A stretch of 50,707 bases of DNA from Candidatus Onthoplasma sp. (lineage in GTDB: Bacteria; Bacillota; Clostridia; Christensenellales; UBA1242). The stretch spans positions 1-50,707 of the forward strand of contig JAZLCR010000019.1 in assembly GCA_045614345.1 (NCBI GenBank), given 5' to 3'. Numbering within the stretch: the first letter of the stretch is position 1; the number at the start of each line of letters is the position of its first letter. Under the pieces are notes generated by a model. That model was not told where the DNA came from. It ran no database searches and saw only the letters and a program-made list of their open reading frames with translations. This document shows positions 26,916 through 35,666 of the stretch, one piece after another. The translations under genes and the position numbers were made by a program.

Positions 26916-28823
26916 TCAATTTGTTATCAAATAAACAATTTCACCCAAAAATAATAATGTTTTAGGTTTGGGTTGTTGATATAAAACAAATTCCCCTTCC
27001 CCATCAAACAGTACATTTAATCCTATCTTTTTCAAATTTGCACATGCCTCAGCAATACTTAAACCTTCAACATTTGGCATTTCAATTGTTGGTTTATTCT
27101 CTAATTGTGTTTCATCTGTTGGCAGAACTGTTTTAACCTCAAAAATTGATCTAAAAACTCGTTCTCCAATTGGTTTGGCAACAACACCGCCATAGTAAGC
27201 TCCAGCATTAGGTTCATTAACGCAAATAATCATCACGAACTCTGGATCTTTTGCCGGAAAAGTTCCAATAAAACTTGAAATATATTTTCCTGTTGCTATT
27301 TGTCCATTTTCTCCATACTTTTGTGCAGTGCCTGTTTTCCCTCCAATATCATACCCTGGAACAAAAGTGTAATTACCCTCACTATTTATGTTGTTGCTAA
27401 GCATTAAATTTATTGTGCTAATTGTGCTTTCTCTTAATTTAATTTGATTTTTTGATATCGAATTTTTATATAGAATTTTATTTTCATTTGTTATTCTTTC
27501 AAGTATATGCGGCGTTAAATCATAACCTGTAGTTATTTTTGAATAGATACTTGCCATTTGAAGTTCCGTCACTGCGATTGCATGACCAAATCCAATACGA
27601 GCCAAATCAACACTCCTAACTTGCTCTTTAGGCATTACAATTCCAGAGCTTTCACTTGCAATGTCAACACCTGTTTTTTCCCCCACACCAAACAATTTTA
27701 AATACTCATAATATTTATCTACGCCCAATCGAAGTGCAAGGTTAACGAAAACGCAGTTACAACTATTCTTAAATGCCTCCAAAAGTGTTTGACTTCCATG
27801 TCCCTTAGTTTTCCAACATTTAATTGTTTCTCCATCAACCAAACATCTTCCTCCACAGTAAAAATTTTCATTTGTATTAGTTAAATTCTCATTTAATGCA
27901 GCCGCAAGTGTAATGAGTTTAAAAGTGCTTCCTGGTTCATAAACATCCACCACTGTTGAATTTTTTGTCATCTGTTGTAATTCTTTGAGATTGTTTCGTG
28001 GAATATTATTGAGGTTAAAACTTGGCAAGCATGTCATAGCTTTAATTCCTCCCGTTTTTGCATCCATAATAATCCCACTAACTCCCAGTGCCTTATGTTC
28101 ATCATAAGCAATCATTAATTCTCGTTCTAAAATTGCTTGCATTTGAACATCAATCGTTGTTGTTATGTTCGCTCCTGGTATGCTTGGAATATAGTATTTA
28201 AGTGAATTAGTTATTTCCTTACCTTGTGCATTAGTTTGAATTAAACTTTTTCCATCAATCCCCTTGAGATATTTATCGTAATAACTTTCAATACCAGCCT
28301 GACCAATATTATCAATCGTGCAATACCCTAAAACCTGTGTTAGCAACTCATTATACGGATAAACTCTTGCAACATTTTGCGATAAATAAACACCTTTAAA
28401 TTTTGATAGCGCTTTTGCTTTCTCTTCTTCAACCTGCATTTTAATCAAAATTTCACTTAAACTTTTATTGGTAACTTTTGAATATGCTTTCTCGTAATCA
28501 ACGTCTAAAAGTTTATTAATTTCATTTGCAAGTGCACTTGGATTTGTTACATTCCTTGCCCTAACATAAATATCATATGTTGTGATTGTTGTAGCCAAAC
28601 TGACACCATTGCAATCTAAAATTTCGCCACGTTTACTGCTAAGAGGCAGGTCTCTTAGCCATTGCTCTAGTGCTTTGATTTGAAGATTTTCCCCATTGAT
28701 AATTTGTAGATAAAAAATTCGTCCAAACAATGCTGTGAATATTATGATAATTGTAATAATTGTTAAAACAAAGCGCTTTTGAATTGATGAAATGTTGTAG
28801 AAAGTTTTAATTCTCGTTTTCAT
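26916..28823 (-). CDS. class B penicillin-binding protein (FtsI/PBP2B type) with C-terminal PASTA domain
   Basis: N-terminal TM, dimerisation domain, and transpeptidase motifs STFK, SCN and KTGTA. One PASTA-like module at the C-terminus (MPNVEGLSIAEACANLKKIGLNV). Confidence 0.9.
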   Translation of the reverse strand: MKTRIKTFYNISSIQKRFVLTIITIIIIFTALFGRIFYLQIINGENLQIKALEQWLRDLPLSSKRGEILDCNGVSLATTITTYDIYVRARNVTNPSALANEINKLLDVDYEKAYSKVTNKSLSEILIKMQVEEEKAKALSKFKGVYLSQNVARVYPYNELLTQVLGYCTIDNIGQAGIESYYDKYLKGIDGKSLIQTNAQGKEITNSLKYYIPSIPGANITTTIDVQMQAILERELMIAYDEHKALGVSGIIMDAKTGGIKAMTCLPSFNLNNIPRNNLKELQQMTKNSTVVDVYEPGSTFKLITLAAALNENLTNTNENFYCGGRCLVDGETIKCWKTKGHGSQTLLEAFKNSCNCVFVNLALRLGVDKYYEYLKLFGVGEKTGVDIASESSGIVMPKEQVRSVDLARIGFGHAIAVTELQMASIYSKITTGYDLTPHILERITNENKILYKNSISKNQIKLRESTISTINLMLSNNINSEGNYTFVPGYDIGGKTGTAQKYGENGQIATGKYISSFIGTFPAKDPEFVMIICVNEPNAGAYYGGVVAKPIGERVFRSIFEVKTVLPTDETQLENKPTIEMPNVEGLSIAEACANLKKIGLNVLFDGEGEFVLYQQPKPKTLLFLGEIVYLITN

Positions 28824-28892
28824 ACTAAATTATATTGTTGTATTGTTATTATTAGAATAAAAAAAACACCACTTTTGTGGTGCTATATAGTT

Positions 28893-29453
28893 TTAAGAAA
28901 ATATGTTTCTAAATAAAATTGTTATTTTATCGAGCCATGTGAGTTCCTTTTTGTCTTCACTATAATCTCTAGGCTCATTAAGTGAAATTTGAAAATCTCC
29001 AATTTCTTGCCCTGGATTAGATTCCTCTAAAACCTTAACAATTTGTTCTTTTTGAGACTGGATTGTTTTTGTGTTTGCATTGATTTGACGATCCAAGATT
29101 GCCATGGTTGCAATATTACCAACAACAAAACTTAACAATAATACCACAACTGAAGTGTAAACCGCTGTAACAATTTTTAATCTTTTTTTAATAAAAACCT
29201 TTTTTTCATCACTTTTTCTTGTAAACACTCTATCTTTAGCAAATGATTGACTCACAGCATCTGCAGTTCCTTCAATTTGTGTTTTGAATTTAACTTCTTG
29301 TTCACTCTTTCTTAATTCTTCAATGCGTGGTAAAGAATCAAGTGTTTGTTTTGTTTCTTCATTAACACTTGTTTGAGTTTCAGTTTGAATGCTAATACTT
29401 TCTTCCTGTTCAAACTCTTCTTCCACTATTGCCCCCTTATATTTTTTCTGCAA
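28893..29453 (-). CDS. FtsL-like bitopic division protein (positional call)
   Basis: Acidic N-terminal region, a single TM (IVTAVYTSVVVLLLSFVVGNIATMAIL) and a short coiled-coil ectodomain. Lies between rsmH and the PBP gene. The likely real start is the GTG at 29424-29426, 5 nt after AAGGGGG. Confidence 0.5.
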   Translation of the reverse strand: MQKKYKGAIVEEEFEQEESISIQTETQTSVNEETKQTLDSLPRIEELRKSEQEVKFKTQIEGTADAVSQSFAKDRVFTRKSDEKKVFIKKRLKIVTAVYTSVVVLLLSFVVGNIATMAILDRQINANTKTIQSQKEQIVKVLEESNPGQEIGDFQISLNEPRDYSEDKKELTWLDKITILFRNIFS

Positions 29454-30366
29454 TTCTTAATTTTGCACTACCCGAACGACTGTTACTTAACAACTCATTA
29501 TCTTGCGGCACGATTGGATGTCTTGTTATAAGTTTAATGTCCGCCATGTGTCCACAAACACACTTTGGAATTCTAGGTGGACACAAACATCCTGTTGCAT
29601 GAGTTTTAAAAGTATTTTTAATGATTCTATCCTCTAACGGATGGAATGTTATTATGCATAGTCTACCATTTTTATTAAGTTTACGCAACATTTTTTCAAC
29701 AGCAACTGGCAAATCGTTTAATTCATTATTAACTTCAATTCTTATTGCTTGAAAAACTTTATTGCATAAACTAGGCTTATTTTGAAACTTTGGTGGGTAA
29801 CTTGACACAATTATATCCCTAAGTTCAAAAGTTGTCGTGAGCGGCTTATTTTCACGAAATTTCACTATCTTTCTTGCGATTTGTTTTGAATTCTTTTCTT
29901 CACCATATAAAAACATGATTTTTGCAAGTTCTTGTTCGCTATAATTGTTAACAACTTTATAAGCATCAAGATCTTGTGTTTTGTTCATACGCATATCAAG
30001 ACGAGCATCTCGCATAAAACTAAAACCGCGTTCTGCTGTGTCTATTTGATAACTAGACACCCCCAAATCTGCCAAAATTCCATCAACACCATTAATACCA
30101 AGTTCATCCAAAACTTCTTCAATTTCTGCAAAGTTTTGATTTACAAATATTATTTTATCTAAGTGATCTGCAAGCCTTGTTTTTGCAAAAGTTAAAGCGT
30201 CGGTGTCTTTATCAAAGCAAATCAACTTTCCTGTTGTTAATTTTTTTGCGATTTCAAGTGAATGACCGCCACCACCCGTTGTGCAATCTACGTAAACACC
30301 GTTAGGCTTAATATTTAGCCCAACAATGCTCTCTTCTTTTAAAACTGAAATATGTTTAAATTCCAT
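29437..30366 (-). CDS. rsmH: 16S rRNA (cytosine1402-N4)-methyltransferase
   Basis: HISVLKEE, YVDCTTGGGGHS, DLGVSSYQID and ITFHPLEDR are MraW/RsmH hallmarks. The ATG at 30364-30366 with AGGAAA upstream is preferred over the track start 30423. Confidence 0.93.
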   Translation of the reverse strand: MEFKHISVLKEESIVGLNIKPNGVYVDCTTGGGGHSLEIAKKLTTGKLICFDKDTDALTFAKTRLADHLDKIIFVNQNFAEIEEVLDELGINGVDGILADLGVSSYQIDTAERGFSFMRDARLDMRMNKTQDLDAYKVVNNYSEQELAKIMFLYGEEKNSKQIARKIVKFRENKPLTTTFELRDIIVSSYPPKFQNKPSLCNKVFQAIRIEVNNELNDLPVAVEKMLRKLNKNGRLCIITFHPLEDRIIKNTFKTHATGCLCPPRIPKCVCGHMADIKLITRHPIVPQDNELLSNSRSGSAKLRIAEKI

Positions 30367-30382
30367 AGATTTTCCTTTCAAA

Positions 30383-31081
30383 TCATTCATTAATTTCAAC
30401 CAGTTTGTTTCTAACCGCATCACAACTTGTTAAATAATATTTAACACCATTAATTTCATTGTATAACATTTTTGGATTAACGTATCCATGAAGATGTCCA
30501 AACACAACAATATCAACTCCATTTTCTTCAATTAACTTCGTATATTCACTTGGCTCAACCTTGTTATTGAATGGCGGATAGTGCGTGATAAAAACAATTT
30601 TTTCATTATCTGTTTGCAATTTTTTTGCTGCCTTCAATGATAAATCTGCGCGAATCACTTCTCTGGCATAAATTTTTTTGTTTTCATCTGTGTTAAACTT
30701 TCCTTCCGGTATCAACCAGCCACGATTTCCGCAGAAAATATATTTCCCAATTTTAATTGCGTCATTTTGAAGCGCGTATGTTTTAGGCGGAAGTTTTTCT
30801 CTAACCTTGCTCAAACTGCTCCACCAATAATCATGGTTTCCTCTAATGATAATTTTTGTTCCTTTAAGTGAATTTAAAAACACAAAATCAGGTTCAACTT
30901 CTTCAAGTTTCATTGCCCAAGAATAATCACCGGCAAGAATAACAACATCTTCATCAGTGACTTTACTGTTCCAATCCGAAATGATTTTATCTAAATAGTC
31001 ATGCCAAACAGGGCCGAATATATCCATCGGCTTAGAATTGTTAACATCCAAATGCAAATCAGAAATTGAATAAATTTTCAC
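30383..31081 (-). CDS. calcineurin-like metallophosphoesterase
   Basis: SDLHLD, GDYSW, GNHDYW and FGHLHG motifs. GTG start preceded by AAGGAA. Occupies the position usually held by mraZ. Confidence 0.8.
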   Translation of the reverse strand: MKIYSISDLHLDVNNSKPMDIFGPVWHDYLDKIISDWNSKVTDEDVVILAGDYSWAMKLEEVEPDFVFLNSLKGTKIIIRGNHDYWWSSLSKVREKLPPKTYALQNDAIKIGKYIFCGNRGWLIPEGKFNTDENKKIYAREVIRADLSLKAAKKLQTDNEKIVFITHYPPFNNKVEPSEYTKLIEENGVDIVVFGHLHGYVNPKMLYNEINGVKYYLTSCDAVRNKLVEINE

Positions 31082-31103
31082 AGAACATTCCTTTTATGCT
31101 AGT

Positions 31104-31132
31104 AGTTTAACAAAAACAATGCAAAATGTCAA
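31104..31132 (-). promoter_or_regulatory. sigma-A type promoter heading the dcw cluster
   Basis: Minus strand reads TTGACA (31127-31132), a 17-nt spacer, then TAAACT (31104-31109), about 25 nt upstream of the phosphoesterase start. Confidence 0.5.
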
Positions 31133-31204
31133 ATATTAATGAAAATTCACAAAAACTAATCTAAATGAATAAGATAATATAGTATCAAATTTAGGAGGTT
31201 TTAA

Positions 31205-31870
31205 ATGTCTTTTTACACGGAGGCTAGACCAGGAATATTCCCTGGTCAAACAAATAATATAACAAACGGACTTTGCGAGAGAATATGCATTCAAGCAACA
31301 AAAGTTTTTGATGCATGCCTAAATCAAAGTCAAATCGAAAATTACTCTTTATCTTTAACAAATTTCACACCTGCAAACCCTGTTGCTCCTCTCACCTTTG
31401 TTAGTGGAAGTTCAGCTGGAAATAACGCAACCGTTACCAATCTTATTATCACACGATTTGATGACAGACCAAATTTTGCCAGAGTTCAGGCTGATATCAA
31501 TATTCCAGTAACCGTCACTTATACCGATGCAAATGGTACACCCGGAACAGCAACGGGAAATGTAACAATTTCTCAGGATGTTGTTTTATATGTTCCTCAA
31601 CCAAGTTTAACACCTATTAATGTTATTGCTTTTGGAAGTGTTGTTATTGCAAGTGCTACTTATAATGCTACAACAGGTGGATTTAATATCACCGCATGCA
31701 TTACAACCATTTTAAAAGTAGTTGCTGTGGTTGATGTTTTAGTTCCAAGTTATGGTTATTGCCCAATTCCACCATGCACGCCATTCCAAACAGAAGATCT
31801 CTGTCCAGGTTTATTCAACTTACCACTTTTCCCAACCGCAGTAAGCCCTCAATCCTCTACCAATAGATAG
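31205..31870 (+). CDS. hypothetical Thr/Asn/Val/Pro-rich, Cys-bearing protein (no family recognised)
   Basis: AGGAGG SD 7 nt before the ATG. 221-aa ORF, monocistronic, followed by a strong terminator. No signal peptide or TM. Cys clusters at both ends (GLCERICIQATKVFDAC ... GYCPIPPCTPFQTEDLCPG). Confidence 0.7.
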   Translation: MSFYTEARPGIFPGQTNNITNGLCERICIQATKVFDACLNQSQIENYSLSLTNFTPANPVAPLTFVSGSSAGNNATVTNLIITRFDDRPNFARVQADINIPVTVTYTDANGTPGTATGNVTISQDVVLYVPQPSLTPINVIAFGSVVIASATYNATTGGFNITACITTILKVVAVVDVLVPSYGYCPIPPCTPFQTEDLCPGLFNLPLFPTAVSPQSSTNR

Positions 31871-31900
31871 AAAAAAGAGCCGATCGGCTCTTTTGTTTTT
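31871..31900. terminator. bidirectional terminator between convergent genes
   Basis: AAAAAAGAGCC-GATC-GGCTCTTTTGTTTTT. Confidence 0.75.
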
Positions 31901-31901
31901 C

Positions 31902-32954
31902 TTAGATTTTTGATTTGTAAGTGATGTCACCCATTCTGCAAGTTGGAACGTAACCTGCTGGAGCTTTGATAAGATCTGGAATTCTGTTTACAATTGAAGC
32001 ACAAGTCATTTCAACTGTTGCAGGACGATTTACTGTTACAGTTGTTGTTGGTTCACCTTCAACTGTCCAGGTGTTAGAGTCAAATTCATCTGGAGCATAA
32101 ACTTTACCAATACATTCGCTTTCAATTACAACACCTTCTTTAGTTGTTGTTGTAACCACTGCGCTCATTCCTGTTGCCATACCCTTTTTAACAACCATAC
32201 CAAGAGTTGTTGAATTAAGATTCTTTTTAGCAACATGAGGAACACATTTTTGAGTTTGGCCTGTTACATGAAGTCCGAGATATTCAGCAAGCCAACCATT
32301 AACATTCCACATATATGATGGATTGAATTCACCTGCCTCAATAATTTCTTGACGTTTTTTATCACTCATTCTATCAGCAGAAGCAACTTCTTTATCAAAT
32401 TCTTCGAGCGTTAAACCTGCGCCATGAGCTTTAGCAAGGGCAATTCCATAGTCTTCAACGTTATATGAACTGCTTCCTTTAATTTTAACAACCTTTTGAG
32501 TTGTTCCAGCAAGAGCTGTGATTAAACTTCCCCAAGAAACATCTTGATAACCGCTTCCTGTGATTGTGCAGTTATTTTTCTTTGCAACTTTATCAATTGC
32601 TTTTGTCATTGCTGGAGAAGAATTCATTGGATAGAAAGCTTCTTCGCAAGTTGTGATTGCATTAACACCGCATTTTGCGCAAGTCATAAGCACGTCATAA
32701 CAATCTCTAAACAAGCTCATTGTTGTCACAATTGCAACATCAGGCTTTAATTCTTTTAATTTTTCTTCCAATTCATTAACATGGTAGATTGTTGCCTTGT
32801 ATTTTTTTGTTCCACCAAGAATAACGTTGATATCTTTTCCTAAAATGTCTGGATTGATATCAAAGCCAGCAACCACTTTTCCACCCTTTTCCATAACGTA
32901 GCGCATTGTGTATAAACTCATTTTACCACAACCAATTTGTACAACTTTTGTCAT
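31902..32954 (-). CDS. DapB-like NAD(P)-dependent oxidoreductase (2,4-diaminopentanoate / amine dehydrogenase-like family)
   Basis: 350 aa with an N-terminal Rossmann GCGKMS motif. Overall resemblance to dihydrodipicolinate-reductase-like amine dehydrogenases, recalled from memory. Substrate unknown. Confidence 0.5.
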   Translation of the reverse strand: MTKVVQIGCGKMSLYTMRYVMEKGGKVVAGFDINPDILGKDINVILGGTKKYKATIYHVNELEEKLKELKPDVAIVTTMSLFRDCYDVLMTCAKCGVNAITTCEEAFYPMNSSPAMTKAIDKVAKKNNCTITGSGYQDVSWGSLITALAGTTQKVVKIKGSSSYNVEDYGIALAKAHGAGLTLEEFDKEVASADRMSDKKRQEIIEAGEFNPSYMWNVNGWLAEYLGLHVTGQTQKCVPHVAKKNLNSTTLGMVVKKGMATGMSAVVTTTTKEGVVIESECIGKVYAPDEFDSNTWTVEGEPTTTVTVNRPATVEMTCASIVNRIPDLIKAPAGYVPTCRMGDITYKSKI

Positions 32955-33070
32955 ATTTTCACCCCTTTTTTTTAGAAAAACAAAAACATTTTTCCTTTTA
33001 TTATTTTTATGATATCACTTTTTTATGTTAAAAACAAAATGTTTTTTAATATTTTTTGAATTTTTTTAAA

Positions 33071-33097
33071 TAAAAATACAGGCAACCCTGTATTTTA
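33071..33097 (-). terminator. terminator downstream of engB
   Basis: TACAGG-CAAC-CCTGTA flanked by A and T runs. Confidence 0.65.
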
Positions 33098-33118
33098 TTA
33101 TATCTCAGTAAAATTATT

Positions 33119-33700
33119 TTATTTCAAATATTCATCAAGTAATTTTTCAACTCTCTCCACTCCTTGTTTTTTAAGTGCGCTTGTTGCAATAATAAGGTCT
33201 TTATTAAAACGAATTTCTTTTGAAATCTTTGACATGTTTAAGAATAGATCGCTTCTTGAAATTTTATCTGTTTTTGTCATGATAATCACTGCAGGAATTT
33301 CTTGAGTTGCAAGATAATCAAGCATTTGTTTATCAAGATCCGTTGGGTCTAATCTACTATCCAAAAGAACAAAAACCAACTTTAACTTTTCATTATCAAC
33401 AAAGTAATCATTCATAACTGCGTCCCAAGCATTTGCAATGCTTTTGCTTGCTTTATGATAGCCATAACCAGGCAAATCAACCAAATAAAATTGATTGTTA
33501 ATATTGAAATAGTTCACCAGCCTTGTTCTGCCTGGTGTTGAACTAGTTTTTGCCATTTTGCTGTTGTTTGTAAGCAAATTAATTAAACTACTCTTCCCAA
33601 CATTACTCCTGCCAACAATTGCAATTTGCGGAAGTTCATCTTCAATAAACTCATCTTTTTTGCTAGCACTTTTTATAAATTTAGCATTAATAAATCTCAT
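33119..33700 (-). CDS. engB: ribosome biogenesis GTPase YsxC/EngB
   Basis: G1 GRSNVGKSSLIN, G3 DLPGYG, G4 TKTDK. 193 aa. Confidence 0.92.
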   Translation of the reverse strand: MRFINAKFIKSASKKDEFIEDELPQIAIVGRSNVGKSSLINLLTNNSKMAKTSSTPGRTRLVNYFNINNQFYLVDLPGYGYHKASKSIANAWDAVMNDYFVDNEKLKLVFVLLDSRLDPTDLDKQMLDYLATQEIPAVIIMTKTDKISRSDLFLNMSKISKEIRFNKDLIIATSALKKQGVERVEKLLDEYLK

Positions 33701-33712
33701 AAAATCTCCATT

Positions 33713-35254
33713 TTAAAGTAGGTCCCAAACATCAATCTTCTTAACTTTTGGCATTTTATGCATAAGTTTTGCAAACAAATTATCTTTTTTTAATCCTTTG
33801 AGATGTTCAGTTAAAACCTCTAAATACTTATCCGGATCTAACACTGGTGAATAAAAACTTTCGGCACAATTATTACACTTTAGAAATCCTGGTTGAATGT
33901 TTCGCAGTTTAGGAAAAGATAGCTTTTTCAATGAATTGTTATTATACATAAACTCAGCACCCACGCTTGTTAGTTTTGGAAAATCCAAAGTATCCAGAAT
34001 TCTGTTTGATGTTAAGAAAAAATCTCCAATTTCTCTGATTTTTTTCCAACTTAAACTTGTTAGCTGTTGATTGCTAGCCAAAGCTCTATTACCTATTTTT
34101 TCTATGCTGTCGGCATCAAATTTCTTTAGTGTTGTGTTGTCCATCAAGCAGTAATCTCCAATTTCTTTAACATTATTTAATGTTATCTCTTCAATTTCTG
34201 AAGAATATTGCATAAAACCACTACCCAAAGATTCCACATTATTATTTGTAAACTTTAATATTTTTCCATACTTATTTAGGACTATTTCAATAGATTCTTT
34301 CCCCTCTTGATAGATAAGTACATTTTTATTTTCACCATCGATTGTAACATCAATTTTCTTTATGTTTTCAAACTGATAAACAAATGTATCCCATATCCGA
34401 CTTCCTGGCAACAAGTGAACTGTTTTTTCTTTTCTGTCAATAAGATAATAATCGGCAAAAATATATCGTGTTGGATCATATTGCACACACTCTCCATTAG
34501 TAACAACCTTGTTATCAACGCAATAATAAATGTTTTCTATTGCGTAGTTATATTTGTGATAAATACCATTATTATCCACAACATAGCCAGGCAAATCAAA
34601 AGCCTGACCACCATTAACAAGCTGAATTCCGTAATATTTTTTAAAACTTGCTGTCAAACCTGGATGGATTTCTTCTAAATTATTTGAAAAGGTTGCGTCT
34701 GGATATTCAACAGTGTGATTGTATCTATTTTTTATCGATAGTGTACTTTGAATTCCCCTTGTGAATTGAATTGAAATAACACTTGTTCCATATTCATCTT
34801 CTCTTTCTGGTTTTTCTGATCTCTTGATACTTTCAGCATTATCTTTAACAGCCCAAAATACTATATGAGTATTTACTCTTTGCTCATCTTTAAAAGTGCA
34901 TATTTCTTCACCCTTTGCGTAATATTTTTTAAACTTTAAAATATCATCATTTGTTATACACTTATACAATGTATAACCCACTTTCTTCATGAGCTCTTCA
35001 GGTGTTTCTTGAATGTCCACCTCTTCTGTTTGCTCTTGACTCAACATTCCAAACAAAGCATCTCTAAACTTTTCAACTCTACCACTTTTTAGCAGATCTT
35101 CATAAAAGAATCTTGATGGCGCAATAATTGAAGTTAAAAATGCAGTAAAAGAAAAATCTTCCCTTTCCAAAACATGTGAAAAATACTGTCTACAAAAGTT
35201 TCTTGCAAAATCCTCTCCGTATAACTTTTTAATTTTATCTAAATCTTTTTTCAT
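33713..35254 (-). CDS. cytoplasmic protein with an unknown N-terminal domain and C-terminal BspA-type leucine-rich repeats
   Basis: The C-terminal ~170 aa show repeated (I/L)xxIGxxx(F/L) units (VKEIGDYCL, IEKIGNRAL, IREIGDFFL, LTSVGAEFM). No signal peptide. The start is uncertain: the track M1 at 35296 lies upstream of a plausible TTGATA-17-TATTAT promoter, so M12 or M15 (35263/35254) is more likely. Confidence 0.65.
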   Translation of the reverse strand: MKKDLDKIKKLYGEDFARNFCRQYFSHVLEREDFSFTAFLTSIIAPSRFFYEDLLKSGRVEKFRDALFGMLSQEQTEEVDIQETPEELMKKVGYTLYKCITNDDILKFKKYYAKGEEICTFKDEQRVNTHIVFWAVKDNAESIKRSEKPEREDEYGTSVISIQFTRGIQSTLSIKNRYNHTVEYPDATFSNNLEEIHPGLTASFKKYYGIQLVNGGQAFDLPGYVVDNNGIYHKYNYAIENIYYCVDNKVVTNGECVQYDPTRYIFADYYLIDRKEKTVHLLPGSRIWDTFVYQFENIKKIDVTIDGENKNVLIYQEGKESIEIVLNKYGKILKFTNNNVESLGSGFMQYSSEIEEITLNNVKEIGDYCLMDNTTLKKFDADSIEKIGNRALASNQQLTSLSWKKIREIGDFFLTSNRILDTLDFPKLTSVGAEFMYNNNSLKKLSFPKLRNIQPGFLKCNNCAESFYSPVLDPDKYLEVLTEHLKGLKKDNLFAKLMHKMPKVKKIDVWDLL

Positions 35255-35319
35255 AACTGACATTATTATAATAACATAAATTAGATGTTTTATCAAGCAT
35301 AAATTTATAGTTATTTAAC

Positions 35320-35348
35320 TTGACATTGTCGAACGTATGTTCTATAAT
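35320..35348 (+). promoter_or_regulatory. consensus sigma-A promoter with embedded LexA (Cheo) box
   Basis: TTGACA (35320-35325), a 17-nt spacer, then TATAAT (35343-35348). The spacer contains CGAACGTATGTTCT (35330-35343), matching the Gram-positive SOS box CGAAC-N4-GTTC(G/T). It faces dinB. Confidence 0.7.
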
Positions 35349-35564
35349 GTTCGAGATGCGCCTTTTATAATCGTTTAAACTTCATTGTCAGGCGACTTCT
35401 AAATATAAGGGTCACACAAGAACTTGTTCGAGTGGAAAACAACGTAAATCGAATGTAAAGGAAGTTTGTTTTCCTGTAAACAGACGATAAAACAATTCGC
35501 ATTTGAGTGTTTGCGAAGCACTTCGTTTGCTTCTTTGGGAACCATATAATAAATGGAGGTAAAT

Positions 35565-35666
35565 ATGAAAATTAACAAGCGAACAATCTTTCATGTAGAC
35601 ATCTCAAATTTGCTTTTGAGCAAATTTTTGAGGTGTGCAACGTGTTTGGAGATTTCTTATGAATAG
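35565..35666 (+). CDS. 33-codon upstream ORF overlapping the dinB start (dinB N-terminus paralogue)
   Basis: GGAGG SD 6 nt before the ATG at 35565. The peptide is MKINKRTIFHVDISNLLLSKFLRCATCLEISYE. Residues 5-13 and their codons mirror dinB MNRTIFHVDM (about 26/35 nt by eye). The stop TAG at 35664-35666 lies 5 nt inside dinB. Confidence 0.35.
   Translation: MKINKRTIFHVDISNLLLSKFLRCATCLEISYE
35606..35630 (+). promoter_or_regulatory. terminator-like hairpin inside the uORF
   Basis: Perfect 9-bp stem AAATTTGCT-TTTG-AGCAAATTT running into TTTTT, 30 nt upstream of the dinB ATG. Confidence 0.4.

Noticed and set aside
35419-35432. Second LexA-box-like sequence AGAACTTGTTCGAG in the dinB leader
   Set aside because: The GAAC and GTTC half-sites are separated by 2 nt rather than the 4 nt of the Cheo box (CGAAC-N4-GTTCG), so it is unlikely to bind LexA.
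35412-35594. Minus-strand 60-aa ORF inside the dinB leader
   Set aside because: It has no SD and no promoter-like sequence. It is antisense to a leader that has its own strong promoter, and its peptide has no recognisable features. An antisense small RNA or peptide cannot be formally excluded.
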